This document shows, one piece after another, positions 26,601-36,442 of a stretch of 64,000 bases of DNA. Both the position numbers and the translations under genes were made by a program. The notes below the pieces were generated by a model, which saw nothing but the letters and a program-made list of their open reading frames with translations, was not told where the DNA came from and made no database searches. Positions within the stretch are counted from its first letter, which is position 1. Each line of letters begins with the position of its first letter. The DNA is taken from the sequence record NC_061441.1. The stretch is one strand, 5' to 3'.

Positions 26601-29479
26601 ACACGAACACGCACACCGCCGATATCAACGTTGAACGTACCAGTCTGGAGGAAGCTCAGGCCAACGATATAGATCGTGTTGCGCGGAGCCTGCTGGATAA
26701 CGTCATACATGCGGTCTTCGCCCCACGTATTAACAGTGTCAGCAGTGATAGGCACTGCGTTCCAACCATCAACAACTTTGTGGAGGTCATCACACCAGTT
26801 CGCTACGAGGTTAGACGGACAGATGATCAGAGGACGAATCGTTTCTTCGCCAAGGTCATCCAGCTCTTTGATTAGAGCAGCAACGTCGGTCAGACCGATG
26901 ATTGTCTTACCGCCACCCGGTGCGATAAAGATTGTTGCGAAGCGTGGACGACGACGCAGAGTTTTGTGCGCTTCAACCTGATGCGGCAGTAACGCTGCAC
27001 CTGCTTTCAGACCTGGGATACGGATATCTTCAATCGTGATACCGCTATCCGGTTTCAGCTTCTCAATCTCCACTTCGGCCTGTTCGAAGTATTCGAGTGA
27101 TTTAGGAATCACGTCGCTGTACATCGTGGCGAACGGCAGAATGATTTGTTGCAGACGGTCAGAGCCTGGGGCCTGTTCGTCTTCAATCAGAGAGCTGAAC
27201 AACTTCTTACGATCACTACGAGCCAGAGCCTGAGTCATCTCACGATACAGCGCGCCACCGAAGTAGTTATTCAGTCGCGCCATGTCAGACAGCTTGGAGC
27301 TTTCACCCATCACGAAGTAGTGAGTGTGGTTCGGCAGAGATTCGGTTGCAGCCTGAATGCTACCCATCTCATTGAGAGAGGTCATAATCAGGTTAGACCC
27401 ACGCAGACCAGCAGCATCGTTCAGCACACGGAGCATCACGCGCATCATCGTCATTGCAGGACGTTCGTTAGCGAGGTCTGGAATTGAGAAGTCGTTCTCA
27501 ATCAGGTTCTGATACAGGTTCTGGTCCATCGGGCTTTCGGCCAATGAAGCATTCTCTGCGTCCATACCGATAGCAACACGCGCCTGCTGCACCAGAGTTT
27601 TCAGATCAGGAACTTGTTTGTTCTTGAGCATGAACTCATAGGTCTGACAGGTAGATGCGATAATCTGCACCAGCTCGTGGAGGTTAGAACCTTCGGTGCT
27701 GTTGTACTTGATGGTGCTGTCCGAAACAGCTTCCACCAGACGGCCAGCGCCAGATTCTGCTTTCGCCGCTTCGATCATCATGTCGTTAGACACTCGATAT
27801 GCAGCCATACCACCAGAAGACTGATTGTGGTGGATGTTACCGATTACGTTAGATGCAGAACGGAAGTTAGGTGCTTCACCAGGCTCTGCGAAGTCGTAGC
27901 CAAGTGAGTCGGCAACGTCCAGAGAGTTCGGCGCTTTCATGCCTACGGTACGTGTCTCTTTAACATCGAGACCGCCACCATTAGACGTGTTCACGATCAG
28001 CGCGAAGTCAGGGTCAATGCCGATGCACACGTTACTGAAACGAGAGAGCGACTTGGCCTTGGTCTGCACTTCACGGTCGAAGTCCAGATTACCGTTCTGA
28101 ATTGCGAACATGTTGGTACGCAGGGTATCGTGCTCGGTGGACAGAGGCACACCCTTTTCGAACAGGTCTTCGAGTACGCTGTTGAGAGAAGACTCGTAGG
28201 TCTTAACCATCTCAATGTCGATATCTTCACGACGAGGAAGCACTGCGAGAGTACCATTCGGCATGATCGTCAGACCGTTATCGTCTGCAACCACATCGTT
28301 TACCACATAGCCAAACTTCTCACGGAGTTTCTTCAACTCAGGCAGAGTGGTGGCCGAGGTAACGTAGCGTGGGATACGCGCAGCACGAGTGATACCAGTA
28401 CGAGTAGAGCCAGCAACACGGAAGTAGTAGCTCGCCCAACCCTGGAACCAACGATACAGACACATGGTCTGCGTGTCAGCGCCCTGAGAGATGTACTCGA
28501 CCATTTCTTTTTCGAAGTTAACGATCAGGCCGCCTTCAACGCGAACGTCAGTAGCGAGAGCGACAGGGTTAAAATCGACAGGCGTATCGTGGCTGATTTT
28601 CATCGCTTGAATCTTGCGATCAATCATCGCCTTGCCTGGGATAGGACGAATACCGATCGTCATGAAATCGCCCAGCGCTTCGGCAGCACCTTTGTCCAGA
28701 TTACGGAACAGGTCGATATCCATGTTGTGCATCAGCGGGTGAATGGAGCGCAGAGCCGCGTTATACACAGTCCAGTCTTTATCGAGAGGAATGCGGACCA
28801 TCTTCGTTTCGAATGCGTTGGAGTTGGTGCGTTCAACGCCGAAGATATCTTTGTACAGAGTCTTCGCCACACGAATCGCAGCCTGTGCAATATCAGAACT
28901 GTAGGTCTGAATGTTGGCACGTTCGAAGTTGGCGTCATTGTCCACACGAGGACGGTCGCTACCCTGATTGTTCAGAACGTTGAAGTTACCGTTCGAGGCC
29001 AGAGGACTTGTCGGGCATGGCGTACCAGACATGATAATGTCACGACCACCTGGGAAGCGCGTACTGTTTTCAATCACGGCACCAGATGCTGCGGACAGGT
29101 GTTCAGCCAGAGAGGTCTTAATCTCACGACTCAACTTGTCGCCGTTCAGTGACATATTGATACGCATGATGGACAGATCGATGTTGTTCTTAACACGCTT
29201 AACAAAATCGTCTGGCGCTACTTCCAGCATGTCTTCGAACTCTGCACCGTTGGTAACGATGTAGTTGATCAAATCGAATGCGGCGTAGATGCGAGCAACG
29301 GTAGATGCGGTGAACACTGCAAGGGTTTCGTAGTTACGACGAGACTTCCCTGTAGCGTACATTTTCGACATTTTACCATCGAACTCGGGCGGCAACGTCT
29401 TCACAGCCAGAGCCTGATTAAACGTATCGGCGATCTGCTGGGTTGCGGTTGCTGAGGTACTGATCATTTGATTCATCAT
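23630..29479 (-). CDS. giant SNF2-family helicase/translocase (1949 aa)
   Basis: LLPHQ (Q motif), APGGGKT, LLDESHKVK, IATGT, GHNMQ, PWSP...DQSTARIFR; N-terminal ISTSA tag. Confidence 0.85.
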   Translation of the reverse strand: MMNQMISTSATATQQIADTFNQALAVKTLPPEFDGKMSKMYATGKSRRNYETLAVFTASTVARIYAAFDLINYIVTNGAEFEDMLEVAPDDFVKRVKNNIDLSIMRINMSLNGDKLSREIKTSLAEHLSAASGAVIENSTRFPGGRDIIMSGTPCPTSPLASNGNFNVLNNQGSDRPRVDNDANFERANIQTYSSDIAQAAIRVAKTLYKDIFGVERTNSNAFETKMVRIPLDKDWTVYNAALRSIHPLMHNMDIDLFRNLDKGAAEALGDFMTIGIRPIPGKAMIDRKIQAMKISHDTPVDFNPVALATDVRVEGGLIVNFEKEMVEYISQGADTQTMCLYRWFQGWASYYFRVAGSTRTGITRAARIPRYVTSATTLPELKKLREKFGYVVNDVVADDNGLTIMPNGTLAVLPRREDIDIEMVKTYESSLNSVLEDLFEKGVPLSTEHDTLRTNMFAIQNGNLDFDREVQTKAKSLSRFSNVCIGIDPDFALIVNTSNGGGLDVKETRTVGMKAPNSLDVADSLGYDFAEPGEAPNFRSASNVIGNIHHNQSSGGMAAYRVSNDMMIEAAKAESGAGRLVEAVSDSTIKYNSTEGSNLHELVQIIASTCQTYEFMLKNKQVPDLKTLVQQARVAIGMDAENASLAESPMDQNLYQNLIENDFSIPDLANERPAMTMMRVMLRVLNDAAGLRGSNLIMTSLNEMGSIQAATESLPNHTHYFVMGESSKLSDMARLNNYFGGALYREMTQALARSDRKKLFSSLIEDEQAPGSDRLQQIILPFATMYSDVIPKSLEYFEQAEVEIEKLKPDSGITIEDIRIPGLKAGAALLPHQVEAHKTLRRRPRFATIFIAPGGGKTIIGLTDVAALIKELDDLGEETIRPLIICPSNLVANWCDDLHKVVDGWNAVPITADTVNTWGEDRMYDVIQQAPRNTIYIVGLSFLQTGTFNVDIGGVRVRVRGAVEFVNRFRFSYVLLDESHKVKNFSGGQAGSQVHFNTKAVFTAPSVRYARIATGTLVTDRVRDIVGQAALMTPAMFGDSLDVAYDGAKDDIEMIRRAHSRMANHTAFISFKRKHWAFMLPNPIDTFIQVEIDDPSVPNSALHQEVYNAMYEQVLEKLQDAANAAKRKASAGNDDEDDDAGGADDNASDIDEDDIEEGDDLGALLAGNADLNMYFQRMEMMLTDPMGDDVARLTFEAAGVTNFVSAKVLTIIDRIKKHFEVQPERDPMVGEQQIFDWKPGVTPRELDIAVYNGQKYLARKQSEEYKRQALPPSMVPPPDDPDYWKPEVQGKLIVFTRYVRAANAIYNALPENYKKVAVVYHGEVGKLGQNKDANLDAFKTDNNVQILIANEQAISEGHNMQMGSRIIRCDTPWSPGTYDQSTARIFRPDVAAAKLDENGKPGDMAREVVFIDWVMTNKTLEVGKVARLMWKTLEKTRFDEKGNQRYEALDQYKLDPIKMSAKLLIDNNTMEDFAQYFFAKRDLNEIESQEFHEMRKTTVAAMQALPATPALNDFRVMEQTPFVANQKIPDRYGWGLERLLDWTRNRNFTNGENLKDSLNRAPVVTEYGNGVIVSVTARTVDGKLRADSPISTVRVRLAGTGETVSISANKVHIATKVDKADLKKFFEARKPWANEKDRKRATAEANRIEIEDTIKDETETADTVETEKKVVAVARKTARAKQRATNKAEGKPINEGVAEAAGRVRRRKPADLPVLDNTTRRKKPVAAAVEEATGADMALELTPTVYNGFVAIYANATDPDAKALKAFDFVEFGDYVYYDCAYYEDFEKMLDFIEVKKKLAFDKPSEKRLEFVLDFFDESTPRMGFNIKLALKAQEQLKQFFLIRHKAASDKKHVKAYPMVMEDRLRIMFDLNTNPQMKRFVGTKIPNTRKFGTFDVSPGMWIGFVKNVATAKARINKIVKAGYNITNIKKLTTALDRLKLTTTKNKAV

Positions 29480-29973
29480 TCACCCAGTTTAATATAGTTG
29501 TCGATTACAGACGTCCACACTCCAGGTACAGGCAGGTTTCGGTCGGCAGCGATATCAGAAAGCACGATAGCCAGTGCGTAAGCACGAAGCGGTTCGAGGC
29601 CTTCAAACTTATCACGCGTAAACACAGACGTGAGTTGTTCGTTGGTCAGCGTCTGATACTGCGCACGGTACTCCGTCAAGTACAGGCGATACTTGCCGTC
29701 ATCGACAGGAGTAGTGTCTGGTGTGCTCTGCACATACAGCAGTGCTTTACCCAGCGCATCCAGAAGCAGCAGCAGATCGTTCTGATCGTACGGCGTAATT
29801 TCTGGAACGTTGGAACTGCCCATCAGTTCGATGACCGAATCAGGCAGTTGAATAGGCTCTTTCGCCTCAGAGATGGACTCGATAATCCCTTGAGCCGCAT
29901 TTGCGTAGCGCTTATCGCTCGTCGCAATGCCAGACAGCAAGGAATGGAGCCGCGTATTTACGTCGTGCGTCAC
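29476..29973 (-). CDS. hypothetical protein (GTG start at 29973)
   Basis: AGGAG RBS 7 nt before GTG; stop overlaps the SNF2 start. Confidence 0.55.
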   Translation of the reverse strand: MTHDVNTRLHSLLSGIATSDKRYANAAQGIIESISEAKEPIQLPDSVIELMGSSNVPEITPYDQNDLLLLLDALGKALLYVQSTPDTTPVDDGKYRLYLTEYRAQYQTLTNEQLTSVFTRDKFEGLEPLRAYALAIVLSDIAADRNLPVPGVWTSVIDNYIKLGE

Positions 29974-29983
29974 GGTTCTTCTC

Positions 29984-30766
29984 CTAGATAAAAATGCTCT
30001 TGACCAGAGAGTTGAGTCGCTTTTCCACGGCGTGTCGTTTGTGTGTCGTAAGGAAACAGCACATACGGCGCGACTGTAGATGCAGCGCAATGGCATTGCC
30101 CTTGACGCGAGCGCAGTCAATCCCAAGGTCAATGTTCCACGGATGCCAAGCACGAGGTGCAAGCATCACCTGTTGGATGTTCGGATAAGTGTCCATCAAT
30201 ACAGGAATCGCAGACTTTGCCAGTTTCTTGGTCAAATTATCAGTTTTGAACAAAGCCTTAGGCTGTTTGTTCGAAAACCAGTACGGAACCTGCTTGTGGA
30301 GTATCTCCCCGACTTTAGGAATGCCACCACGAGTAGTCTGAGGCACATACACCAGATAGATATCGATCGTGGTGTTGATGCAGTTCGCTACGCGGTTGTA
30401 ATCGCTGTTAGTACGCGAATGCACCTCGGCCAGTCTGAACTTATTGCTGAACTCGATACGCTGCAACCACTGGCGCAAGTCCTGGTGCTGCAACTTGAGA
30501 AGGACACGGGCCTGCTCCAGAGAATGCTTAGTCACAGACGGGATTGGGCGTATCAGATACTTCGTGGTAGTCTTAGACAGCGAGGACATGAAGCCTTCAA
30601 CAACACGCTGCATACCAAGAGGCTGCGGCAGTGAGTGAAAGAGATCGACTGCGGTTTGGGTTGTGATGTACGAACCCCACGCCTCAATATACTCAGGGTC
30701 AATGCAGTCTGGGAAAGCACGTAGGTTCAATCCTACTTCGGAGCCATATGTTTTCAAACGACTCAC
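29984..30766 (-). CDS. hypothetical protein
   Basis: 260 aa; coupled to the HNH gene; GGAGG RBS. Confidence 0.55.
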   Translation of the reverse strand: MSRLKTYGSEVGLNLRAFPDCIDPEYIEAWGSYITTQTAVDLFHSLPQPLGMQRVVEGFMSSLSKTTTKYLIRPIPSVTKHSLEQARVLLKLQHQDLRQWLQRIEFSNKFRLAEVHSRTNSDYNRVANCINTTIDIYLVYVPQTTRGGIPKVGEILHKQVPYWFSNKQPKALFKTDNLTKKLAKSAIPVLMDTYPNIQQVMLAPRAWHPWNIDLGIDCARVKGNAIALHLQSRRMCCFLTTHKRHAVEKRLNSLVKSIFI

Positions 30767-31128
30767 TTTCTACCTCCGTGAAGCAATCGAGAGCCGCGTC
30801 GGTTTGCAGTACCGATTTGGTTATTGTCGCACGTATAGCACAGCAGTTCAAGGTTATGCTTCATGTTAGAACCACCATTGGCATGTGCAACTTTATGGTT
30901 GAGAATCAATTCGCGTGTGGGCTTACCACAGCGCTCGCAGTAGTAACCGCGCTCGTCGATGATGCTCATCTTGAGTTTGGTCCAGTCTGCTCTGTCCATG
31001 CGAACGTGTGTACCTGCTCGGGCACGTTCAAATCCCGTTACGCCAGCAAGACGTTGGGAAGTAGACAGAGTACGTCCACGTCCACCTTGCGTTCGAGCGG
31101 CGATGCCGCCTCTTGGTCTGTATGCCAT
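30763..31128 (-). CDS. HNH endonuclease (Zn-binding, gp74/McrA-like)
   Basis: CERCG...LNHKVAHANGGSNMKHNLELLCYTC. Confidence 0.8.
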   Translation of the reverse strand: MAYRPRGGIAARTQGGRGRTLSTSQRLAGVTGFERARAGTHVRMDRADWTKLKMSIIDERGYYCERCGKPTRELILNHKVAHANGGSNMKHNLELLCYTCDNNQIGTANRRGSRLLHGGRK

Positions 31129-31150
31129 GATGTTCTCCTAAATACAATGA

Positions 31151-31159
31151 TATTTACAG
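31151..31159 (-). promoter_or_regulatory. class 1 motif CTGTAAATA
   Basis: 23 nt upstream of the HNH start. Confidence 0.55.
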
Positions 31160-31161
31160 AC

Positions 31162-31974
31162 TTATGCAGAGGCGGAGAAGATCTGTACCGTCTTATCCAG
31201 ACCAGCTTGATAGGACTGTTCGATATCTTTGGCTGAACGGCTGATAATCTGCTTAGTTGAGTTAGACGCAGCAGCAATCAATTCAACAGGCAGATTCTTT
31301 TTGTTCCATGCGTTAATCTGGTGGAATACTGAAACGAGAACGGTACCAGCAGACTCGGCGAACGGACCAAGCACCTCAGCATTGAGGATCTCAGCCAACT
31401 GACCAACATCGCGCAGCGCACGAAGGTCAGCAATGATTTCGCGCATCTGGTCATAGAGTTTCATCAGCGCATAAATATCACGACTCTGTTTCTTTTGCAG
31501 GTACAGGTTTTCGCACTCACGCGCCATAGCCTGACACTGCTTGAACATGGTCATGTATTCTTGAATCTGGTCATTCTCCTGCTTGATGGCGTCAGGGATA
31601 TCAGCCATGACCTCCATCAATTGACCCTCAAGCACTGCAACATCAGTGCCAAGCGCTTTCCTGTCTTTCTTTTTCTTCTTCTTGATGACCTCTACGGCGT
31701 TCTCTTTTTTCTTTTTCTTCTTCGCTTTCGGTTTGTCTTCAATGGAAGCGATTGCCTTTTGGGTACTGGCGATATCAGCGTAAAGTTCTTCTGGGTTAAG
31801 CACACCAGGCATGATATCACTCGAAGGGTCTTTCTTTTTCTTCTTTTTGACCTTCACGCCTTTGCTAACTGTCTTAGCTTTAACGGCGGTGGTCTTAGCT
31901 TTCACTTTCGCTTTGCCTTTCTTTTTAGCAGGCTGTGCGTAAGAGCCAATGTCATCCAAGCTTATGGCCGCCAT
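31162..31974 (-). CDS. Lys-rich N-terminus / helical C-terminus protein (possible small terminase or DNA-binding protein)
   Basis: 270 aa with poly-K runs; function is inference only. Confidence 0.45.
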   Translation of the reverse strand: MAAISLDDIGSYAQPAKKKGKAKVKAKTTAVKAKTVSKGVKVKKKKKKDPSSDIMPGVLNPEELYADIASTQKAIASIEDKPKAKKKKKKENAVEVIKKKKKKDRKALGTDVAVLEGQLMEVMADIPDAIKQENDQIQEYMTMFKQCQAMARECENLYLQKKQSRDIYALMKLYDQMREIIADLRALRDVGQLAEILNAEVLGPFAESAGTVLVSVFHQINAWNKKNLPVELIAAASNSTKQIISRSAKDIEQSYQAGLDKTVQIFSASA

Positions 31975-31996
31975 GTGAAAATCCTCTGTAGAAACG

Positions 31997-32024
31997 AAAA
32001 AGGGAACCCCGCGAGGCTCCCTTT
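31997..32024 (-). terminator. intrinsic terminator
   Basis: AGGGAGCC...GGUUCCCU plus U tract on the minus strand. Confidence 0.65.
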
Positions 32025-32033
32025 AGGGTTTGA

Positions 32034-32840
32034 TTAGAAGCTGTGACCTTTGATGATACCAGCAATCTTGCTGTAGTAGTCCGGGCTATAACGGAATACC
32101 TGAGCGTAATAGCTCAACAGCTTAGGCACGTCAACGCCAGCAGCGGCAGACACGCTATCGACAGCAGGGAACTGGTTAGGGTCCAGCTCGTCACCAGACA
32201 GTACAGCAACCATAGACATGGAGCTGATCTGTTCTTCGTTACCCTGCTCGTCAACCACCAGCATGGTGTTGTCGTCGGTAACGTTAGCAGCAACGAAACC
32301 AACTTTCAGGTCACCGCTGTTTGATACGAAGCTGATCATATCGCCACCAACAGCAGCAGCCAGAATCGCTTCATTGCGCATGATAGCCTGAGCCAGTTCA
32401 GGACGCTGGGCAGCGAAGTTAACGCTCTGTGCGCCACTGACAGAACGAATCATATCGATCAGTTCGGCGTTGTCGTTAGCAGAGCTATCGCGTACCAGAA
32501 CGTCTTCGCCAGATTCAGAACGACGAACATGCCACATGCGCTCGCTCTTGTCCATGTACATGTTCTTAGACAGTGCCTGGAACTGGTCGCCCATCTGAGA
32601 CACAGGAATGATATCCTGCATACGGTTCATGATGGTGCGCACGAAGCTGGTGGTCTTGCCGCCTTCGATCAGAGTCGAAGCGCCTTCAACTGGCAGGAAC
32701 TCGCGGTCGCATGAAGCGCTCACGATTGCGCCGAAGTTGTCAGCGATGTTCTCACCGTGTGAGTGAGTTAATTGCACGATAGCCACGCTCTGGTTGTCGT
32801 TGAGCTGGTCAATCTGTTTGATGAAAGCCTTCATTGTCAT
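32034..32840 (-). CDS. probable virion/head-associated protein
   Basis: 268 aa; class 2 motif upstream; internal DSVSAAA. Confidence 0.45.
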   Translation of the reverse strand: MTMKAFIKQIDQLNDNQSVAIVQLTHSHGENIADNFGAIVSASCDREFLPVEGASTLIEGGKTTSFVRTIMNRMQDIIPVSQMGDQFQALSKNMYMDKSERMWHVRRSESGEDVLVRDSSANDNAELIDMIRSVSGAQSVNFAAQRPELAQAIMRNEAILAAAVGGDMISFVSNSGDLKVGFVAANVTDDNTMLVVDEQGNEEQISSMSMVAVLSGDELDPNQFPAVDSVSAAAGVDVPKLLSYYAQVFRYSPDYYSKIAGIIKGHSF

Positions 32841-32863
32841 CTCCTGAATAGTTCGACAATATG

Positions 32864-32870
32864 AAATTAG
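32864..32870 (-). promoter_or_regulatory. class 2 motif CTAATTT
   Basis: 24 nt upstream of start 32840. Confidence 0.55.
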
Positions 32871-32881
32871 TATTTCGAGGG

Positions 32882-34045
32882 TTAGCCAGTGACGCGATAA
32901 CGTGCATTGACCCAGATACTGCGGTTACCAACAGTAGCCCATTTGGTGGTTGGGCTGTTTGTGATGCCGAGCTTGCCGAGTGAACGTGCACCGTCAATCG
33001 CATTGGCACCCTGAGAACCATCACCGTCGTTTATTCCGGCTTTAGACAGCTTGTTCTTCAAGTTCGTAACAGGACCTTGTATCTCTGTCTCAAGTCTGCC
33101 TAACGCAGATTCAATTGACGGAGTACGGTCCATGTTTAAGTTAACGACCTGACCTGTGAAGTCAAACGCTAACTGACCCTCTGCCTGTAGTTGCGCGGCG
33201 AGAGCGTAATACGAAGCGCAGATAACCCAACCGTTAAGAATGGTTCCCTGCATGTTCGTACCGTTGAAGCCTGTAACACGAGGACCAATCGTGTTGAACA
33301 ACGCAAGTCCACGATACAGGTAGTTCATGATATCAGCCTGGGTGTATTCCAACTCAGGGATAACGTTCATTGCTCGGGCTTTGTTGATGTGGTCTTCAAC
33401 CATTGACGCTGCGATAAGAATCTGCGGCGTTACAACCCAGAGCTTGTACGTGAACATCTTCGTGGTCTTGCGTGTGTTCGAAGTATGCTGTGCGATTAAG
33501 CTGATAGGCTCCAATCGACGAACAGCAACCCAGACAGGAATCTGGAACACGCAGGTCTTGGCGCGATTCACAACCATCTTCACACCAGAATCGCCAGAGT
33601 CGATATCAGATGCGATGATTTGGTTGTTGAGTGCCAGTTGGAATTTCAGCTTATCGCCGCGCGTGTCGTAGTGAAACGGTAACGTCATCTCAAACGTTTC
33701 GTCATCACCGAACAGGCATACGATATCTGTCACACGGTTTTCAGTCAGTGGCTCAACGATGAGTTCCTGACGAGACTGCATGATTCCTTCTTCGGACTCA
33801 TAGCGCCATGAAAGCAGCAGACGCTTATCGTCCACCAGCCCCATGTTCGGCACGGCAACATCAGCGGTCCATGCGCCAGGAATTTCACCAGGCGTTGCAA
33901 CCACTTGAGCCAGTACCGATCTATCTTCGGGGTCAATGAGGCTTACTACAGGCCCCATGTCATCCGATAGTGGGTACAGTGGTTCGTCGAGGTCGTTATA
34001 GAAACTCTCCTCGACTACCAGTACGTTACCTTCTGTTGTGCGCAT
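32882..34045 (-). CDS. putative neck / head-tail adaptor protein
   Basis: C-terminal helical adaptor-like region (YLYRGLALFN...DFTGQVVNLNMDRT); start moved to MRTTEG next to the upstream stop. Confidence 0.45.
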   Translation of the reverse strand: MRTTEGNVLVVEESFYNDLDEPLYPLSDDMGPVVSLIDPEDRSVLAQVVATPGEIPGAWTADVAVPNMGLVDDKRLLLSWRYESEEGIMQSRQELIVEPLTENRVTDIVCLFGDDETFEMTLPFHYDTRGDKLKFQLALNNQIIASDIDSGDSGVKMVVNRAKTCVFQIPVWVAVRRLEPISLIAQHTSNTRKTTKMFTYKLWVVTPQILIAASMVEDHINKARAMNVIPELEYTQADIMNYLYRGLALFNTIGPRVTGFNGTNMQGTILNGWVICASYYALAAQLQAEGQLAFDFTGQVVNLNMDRTPSIESALGRLETEIQGPVTNLKNKLSKAGINDGDGSQGANAIDGARSLGKLGITNSPTTKWATVGNRSIWVNARYRVTG

Positions 34046-34046
34046 A

Positions 34047-35153
34047 TCAGTCTGCCTTAGTGAGTCCCAGATACTCAATCAGATTGCGTAGCTGGTCGTT
34101 ATACCCACCTTCGATTAGCGCTCTCGCCATTGACACGTGGTTGGAGTTCGCTGTACGCACTACCTTAGCCTGATAGTCAGGAACGTTTTGCATGTTCTGA
34201 TTCAGGTTGTAGAAGTAGCTACGCACGAAGTTCGTTCGTTCCACGTTACTCGCTTCCATGTCACTGGTGTCCTGTGTAGGAGTCAGCAACAGGTAGAGGG
34301 CAGCAAGCAGTTCAGGACTCTGGTCAACAATCGGCGAGGCGAGCGAAGCAGCAATCTTCATCAGGCCTTTTGCAACGAAGTCAACCACAGTCTTCTCGAT
34401 GTACGCCGTGCCAGCTTTGCCAACGTTAGGCAGATACAGGCCAGGCAGAATGAAGATACAGAAGTACAGCGGAAAGTCTTTACGCATCACGTCGGGGATA
34501 AGCATCTCCGAGTAATCTTTCCAGATGTTCACGTTGAAGTGCCACTCATCGTATGGCACTGTACGCATCAGGTTCGATACCGATAGGTCTTTCACTTGGT
34601 TCGCCTGCGATGCAAGATCGCGAGCGCTCTGCGAAGGAGCAAGGTTCGAACTCGATACCAGTTGAACGTAGTTGCGAGTGACAACACCCACAGTGTTATA
34701 CGTCACATTCAACATCTCAACGCCGTTACCGTTCAGGCCGAAGATAACAGAACGAGGAAGACCGATAGTGATGTACTCGTTGTTATTGTCCACGCCCCAC
34801 AAGCGCCAGTAACGCCCGCGACCAAGTTGAGTCATAGGCTGCGGGAGAATACGGTTGGCGCGAGCTTTCAGGCAGAACGTGAAACAGATACCGCTGTCAA
34901 TCATAATCACCGAATCATCTGGACGATTCGAATAACCCATCGACATATCGTTATCGGTACTGTACACGTTTACCAGAGTGAAGTTCTGAGCCTTAGTGAA
35001 AGGCATCTGCGCTTCAATCAAATAGCCGAGGACTTGTCGCAGGATAGTATCGAGCACATAAGGAGAAGCAGAACGCATTTGCTGTGGACGGTACTGACCA
35101 CTATACGTGTTCTCCTTGAATGTGCGATCTACCTTGAAGTGCGTCAACGCCAT
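34047..35153 (-). CDS. hypothetical protein, probably structural
   Basis: 368 aa in an operon behind a class 2 motif; TAATG coupling. Confidence 0.5.
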   Translation of the reverse strand: MALTHFKVDRTFKENTYSGQYRPQQMRSASPYVLDTILRQVLGYLIEAQMPFTKAQNFTLVNVYSTDNDMSMGYSNRPDDSVIMIDSGICFTFCLKARANRILPQPMTQLGRGRYWRLWGVDNNNEYITIGLPRSVIFGLNGNGVEMLNVTYNTVGVVTRNYVQLVSSSNLAPSQSARDLASQANQVKDLSVSNLMRTVPYDEWHFNVNIWKDYSEMLIPDVMRKDFPLYFCIFILPGLYLPNVGKAGTAYIEKTVVDFVAKGLMKIAASLASPIVDQSPELLAALYLLLTPTQDTSDMEASNVERTNFVRSYFYNLNQNMQNVPDYQAKVVRTANSNHVSMARALIEGGYNDQLRNLIEYLGLTKAD

Positions 35154-36442
35154 TACTTAACCGACTGCTTGAGCAAACGTTTCTGCTGCGGGTTCAGGCC
35201 CATAACGTCTGCGATCTCATCGATCTTACGCAGCGTCAACACGCCTTTAGCAGTACCGCCAGAACCTGTCAGGCTGACCTTAACGAACTCGCGTCCGTTA
35301 CGACCGTTAACGATCTGGTGAATGATACTGTTCTTACCGCCGCGGCCGGCGCGAAGTGCGGTGCTAGCCATGCCCAGAATTTCTGTGATAGCTTCTTTCT
35401 TCTCGGTTGGGCTGAGGCCCTGCACCAGACGAACATACAGGCTATCATTCTGCACACGCACGTTGTCGAAGATCTCTTTCTTACGACCACGAATATCGTG
35501 TTGAGCATTACCAAGCTGAGTTGTATCACGCAGGTTCTGAGTAGAGCGGTTGATTGGCTTACGTTCGCTGTAGTTCAGGAAGCCGTCAACAGCCATGAGC
35601 TGGTTGATAGTACGCTTCATTTCTGGAGCAGTAGCAATCAGACGACCCATAGGGAATGATCCAGGAACTTTCTCGTCAACGAGTGACGTCAGGAAGTTCT
35701 CACTGATACCGCTTGCAACCGCGATCGTGGTAGACAGCACCAGAGCGTAGTTCGGATAATGCAGACCTTCGGAGTTCACGAAGTTATCAATGAACACATA
35801 GGTCTGGAAGCAGATAGGGTCAGTGCCCGACGCGATGAAGGTACGTGTACGAATCTTCGAATAGTCTTCTTTATTCAGAATCTTCGACAGGTAGTTAGCG
35901 ATAGTCGCAGCCAGCTTGGTGTGTTCTTTCGGAGCGCCGTTCTTAACGTCGATGCTCATCAGTTTGACCAGCTTCTGCTGTTGGTTCTTCGCTTGCTCGA
36001 TGACGCTCAACAGGCTCTTGGCAGCGGCATTCTGATCTTTGAACGCGCTGAAAGTTTTGCTGCTGAGAATCTGGTAGGCAACAGACAGTTCACCGATTGC
36101 CTGAGAGAGATTGCTCACCTGTTGGTTGTACTGTGCTTTAGAACGCACGTCAGTGATATCAATCTTCGTCAGGTCAATAACCTGGTTGAGGTCAATCGCT
36201 TTAGCCTGTTTGCCTTTGATTTTACCTTCGAGATCTGCCAGCTCAACAGCCTTAGGGCTAGCGCTGACAGACAGGAGTTTCTTAGGAATAGTGACTGAGG
36301 TGGCGTTAGCGATTACTTTATCAAGTACGTTACGGAATTCTTTCGCTGTGCGAGCACCACGCAGGGCAGCCATATTCCCAGAGTTATAGTCAACAGATGC
36401 GCTGATACTGCTAACTTCATTGTTTTTGGCAGTCTTAGCCAT
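35153..36442 (-). CDS. probable virion protein with N-terminal SISA tag
   Basis: EVSSISASVD and LLSVSASP; GAGG RBS; class 2 motif upstream. Confidence 0.5.
   Translation of the reverse strand: MAKTAKNNEVSSISASVDYNSGNMAALRGARTAKEFRNVLDKVIANATSVTIPKKLLSVSASPKAVELADLEGKIKGKQAKAIDLNQVIDLTKIDITDVRSKAQYNQQVSNLSQAIGELSVAYQILSSKTFSAFKDQNAAAKSLLSVIEQAKNQQQKLVKLMSIDVKNGAPKEHTKLAATIANYLSKILNKEDYSKIRTRTFIASGTDPICFQTYVFIDNFVNSEGLHYPNYALVLSTTIAVASGISENFLTSLVDEKVPGSFPMGRLIATAPEMKRTINQLMAVDGFLNYSERKPINRSTQNLRDTTQLGNAQHDIRGRKKEIFDNVRVQNDSLYVRLVQGLSPTEKKEAITEILGMASTALRAGRGGKNSIIHQIVNGRNGREFVKVSLTGSGGTAKGVLTLRKIDEIADVMGLNPQQKRLLKQSVK

Noticed and set aside
18574-29479. Introns or inteins in the DNA polymerase or SNF2 genes
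   Set aside because: Reading frames are continuous, motif spacing is normal, and no intein C/S...HN or LAGLIDADG signatures were seen
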